A stretch of 64,000 nt of DNA, from the NCBI RefSeq assembly GCF_006345805.1, contig NC_043003.1, positions 38,812,001 to 38,876,000 of the forward strand, in the 5' to 3' direction. Each line of letters starts with the position of its first letter. Positions within the stretch are counted from its first letter, which is position 1. The notes under the pieces are model-generated. The model searched no databases. It was given only the letters and a program-made list of their open reading frames with translations, and was not told the DNA's origin. Made by a program: the position numbers and the translations under genes. Origin of the DNA: Octopus sinensis. Lineage: Eukaryota. This document shows, piece by piece, positions 63,875 through 64,000 of the stretch.

Positions 63875-64000
63875 TTATTATTATTACTATTACTATTATT
63901 ATTCAGTAGTTTTATTTTTATAGCGTGCTTTCACTTCACTACCGAGCGCAGCTCTGTGTGCCTTAGGTATGTGCTGTGATTTGTTGTGATGCTCTGATGG

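Overview
Repeat-dense, AT-rich eukaryotic DNA, most likely from a coleoid cephalopod (Octopus-like, inferred from the tRNA-derived SINE families and RTE tails). The only host gene I can recognise is COP9 signalosome subunit 3 (COPS3): its last two coding exons at 10872-10952 and 15457-15519. The rest is SINEs, RTE/CR1/Dong LINE fragments, mariner/Tc1/hAT remnants, MITEs and microsatellites. The standout is 43444-50530, a Ty3/gypsy LTR element with a perfect 5-bp TSD (CAGAC). Its 5' LTR is split 30 nt downstream of its TATA box by a head-to-tail array of three ~1.7-kb cassettes (two of family A, one of a diverged family B). Each cassette encodes a single ORF1/Gag-like CCHC zinc-knuckle protein with no RT, endonuclease or integrase. 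Each begins with AGTTCAGA, and each ends in an AATAAA-containing ~50-nt tail that is shared with a local SINE family. This looks like a non-autonomous retroelement that parasitises the LTR promoter/transcription start site. A same-strand cluster of (TAA)n-associated Dong/R4 elements occupies 59.2-64 kb. Identities quoted are by-eye estimates. Several frameshifts fall in homopolymers and may be assembly errors.
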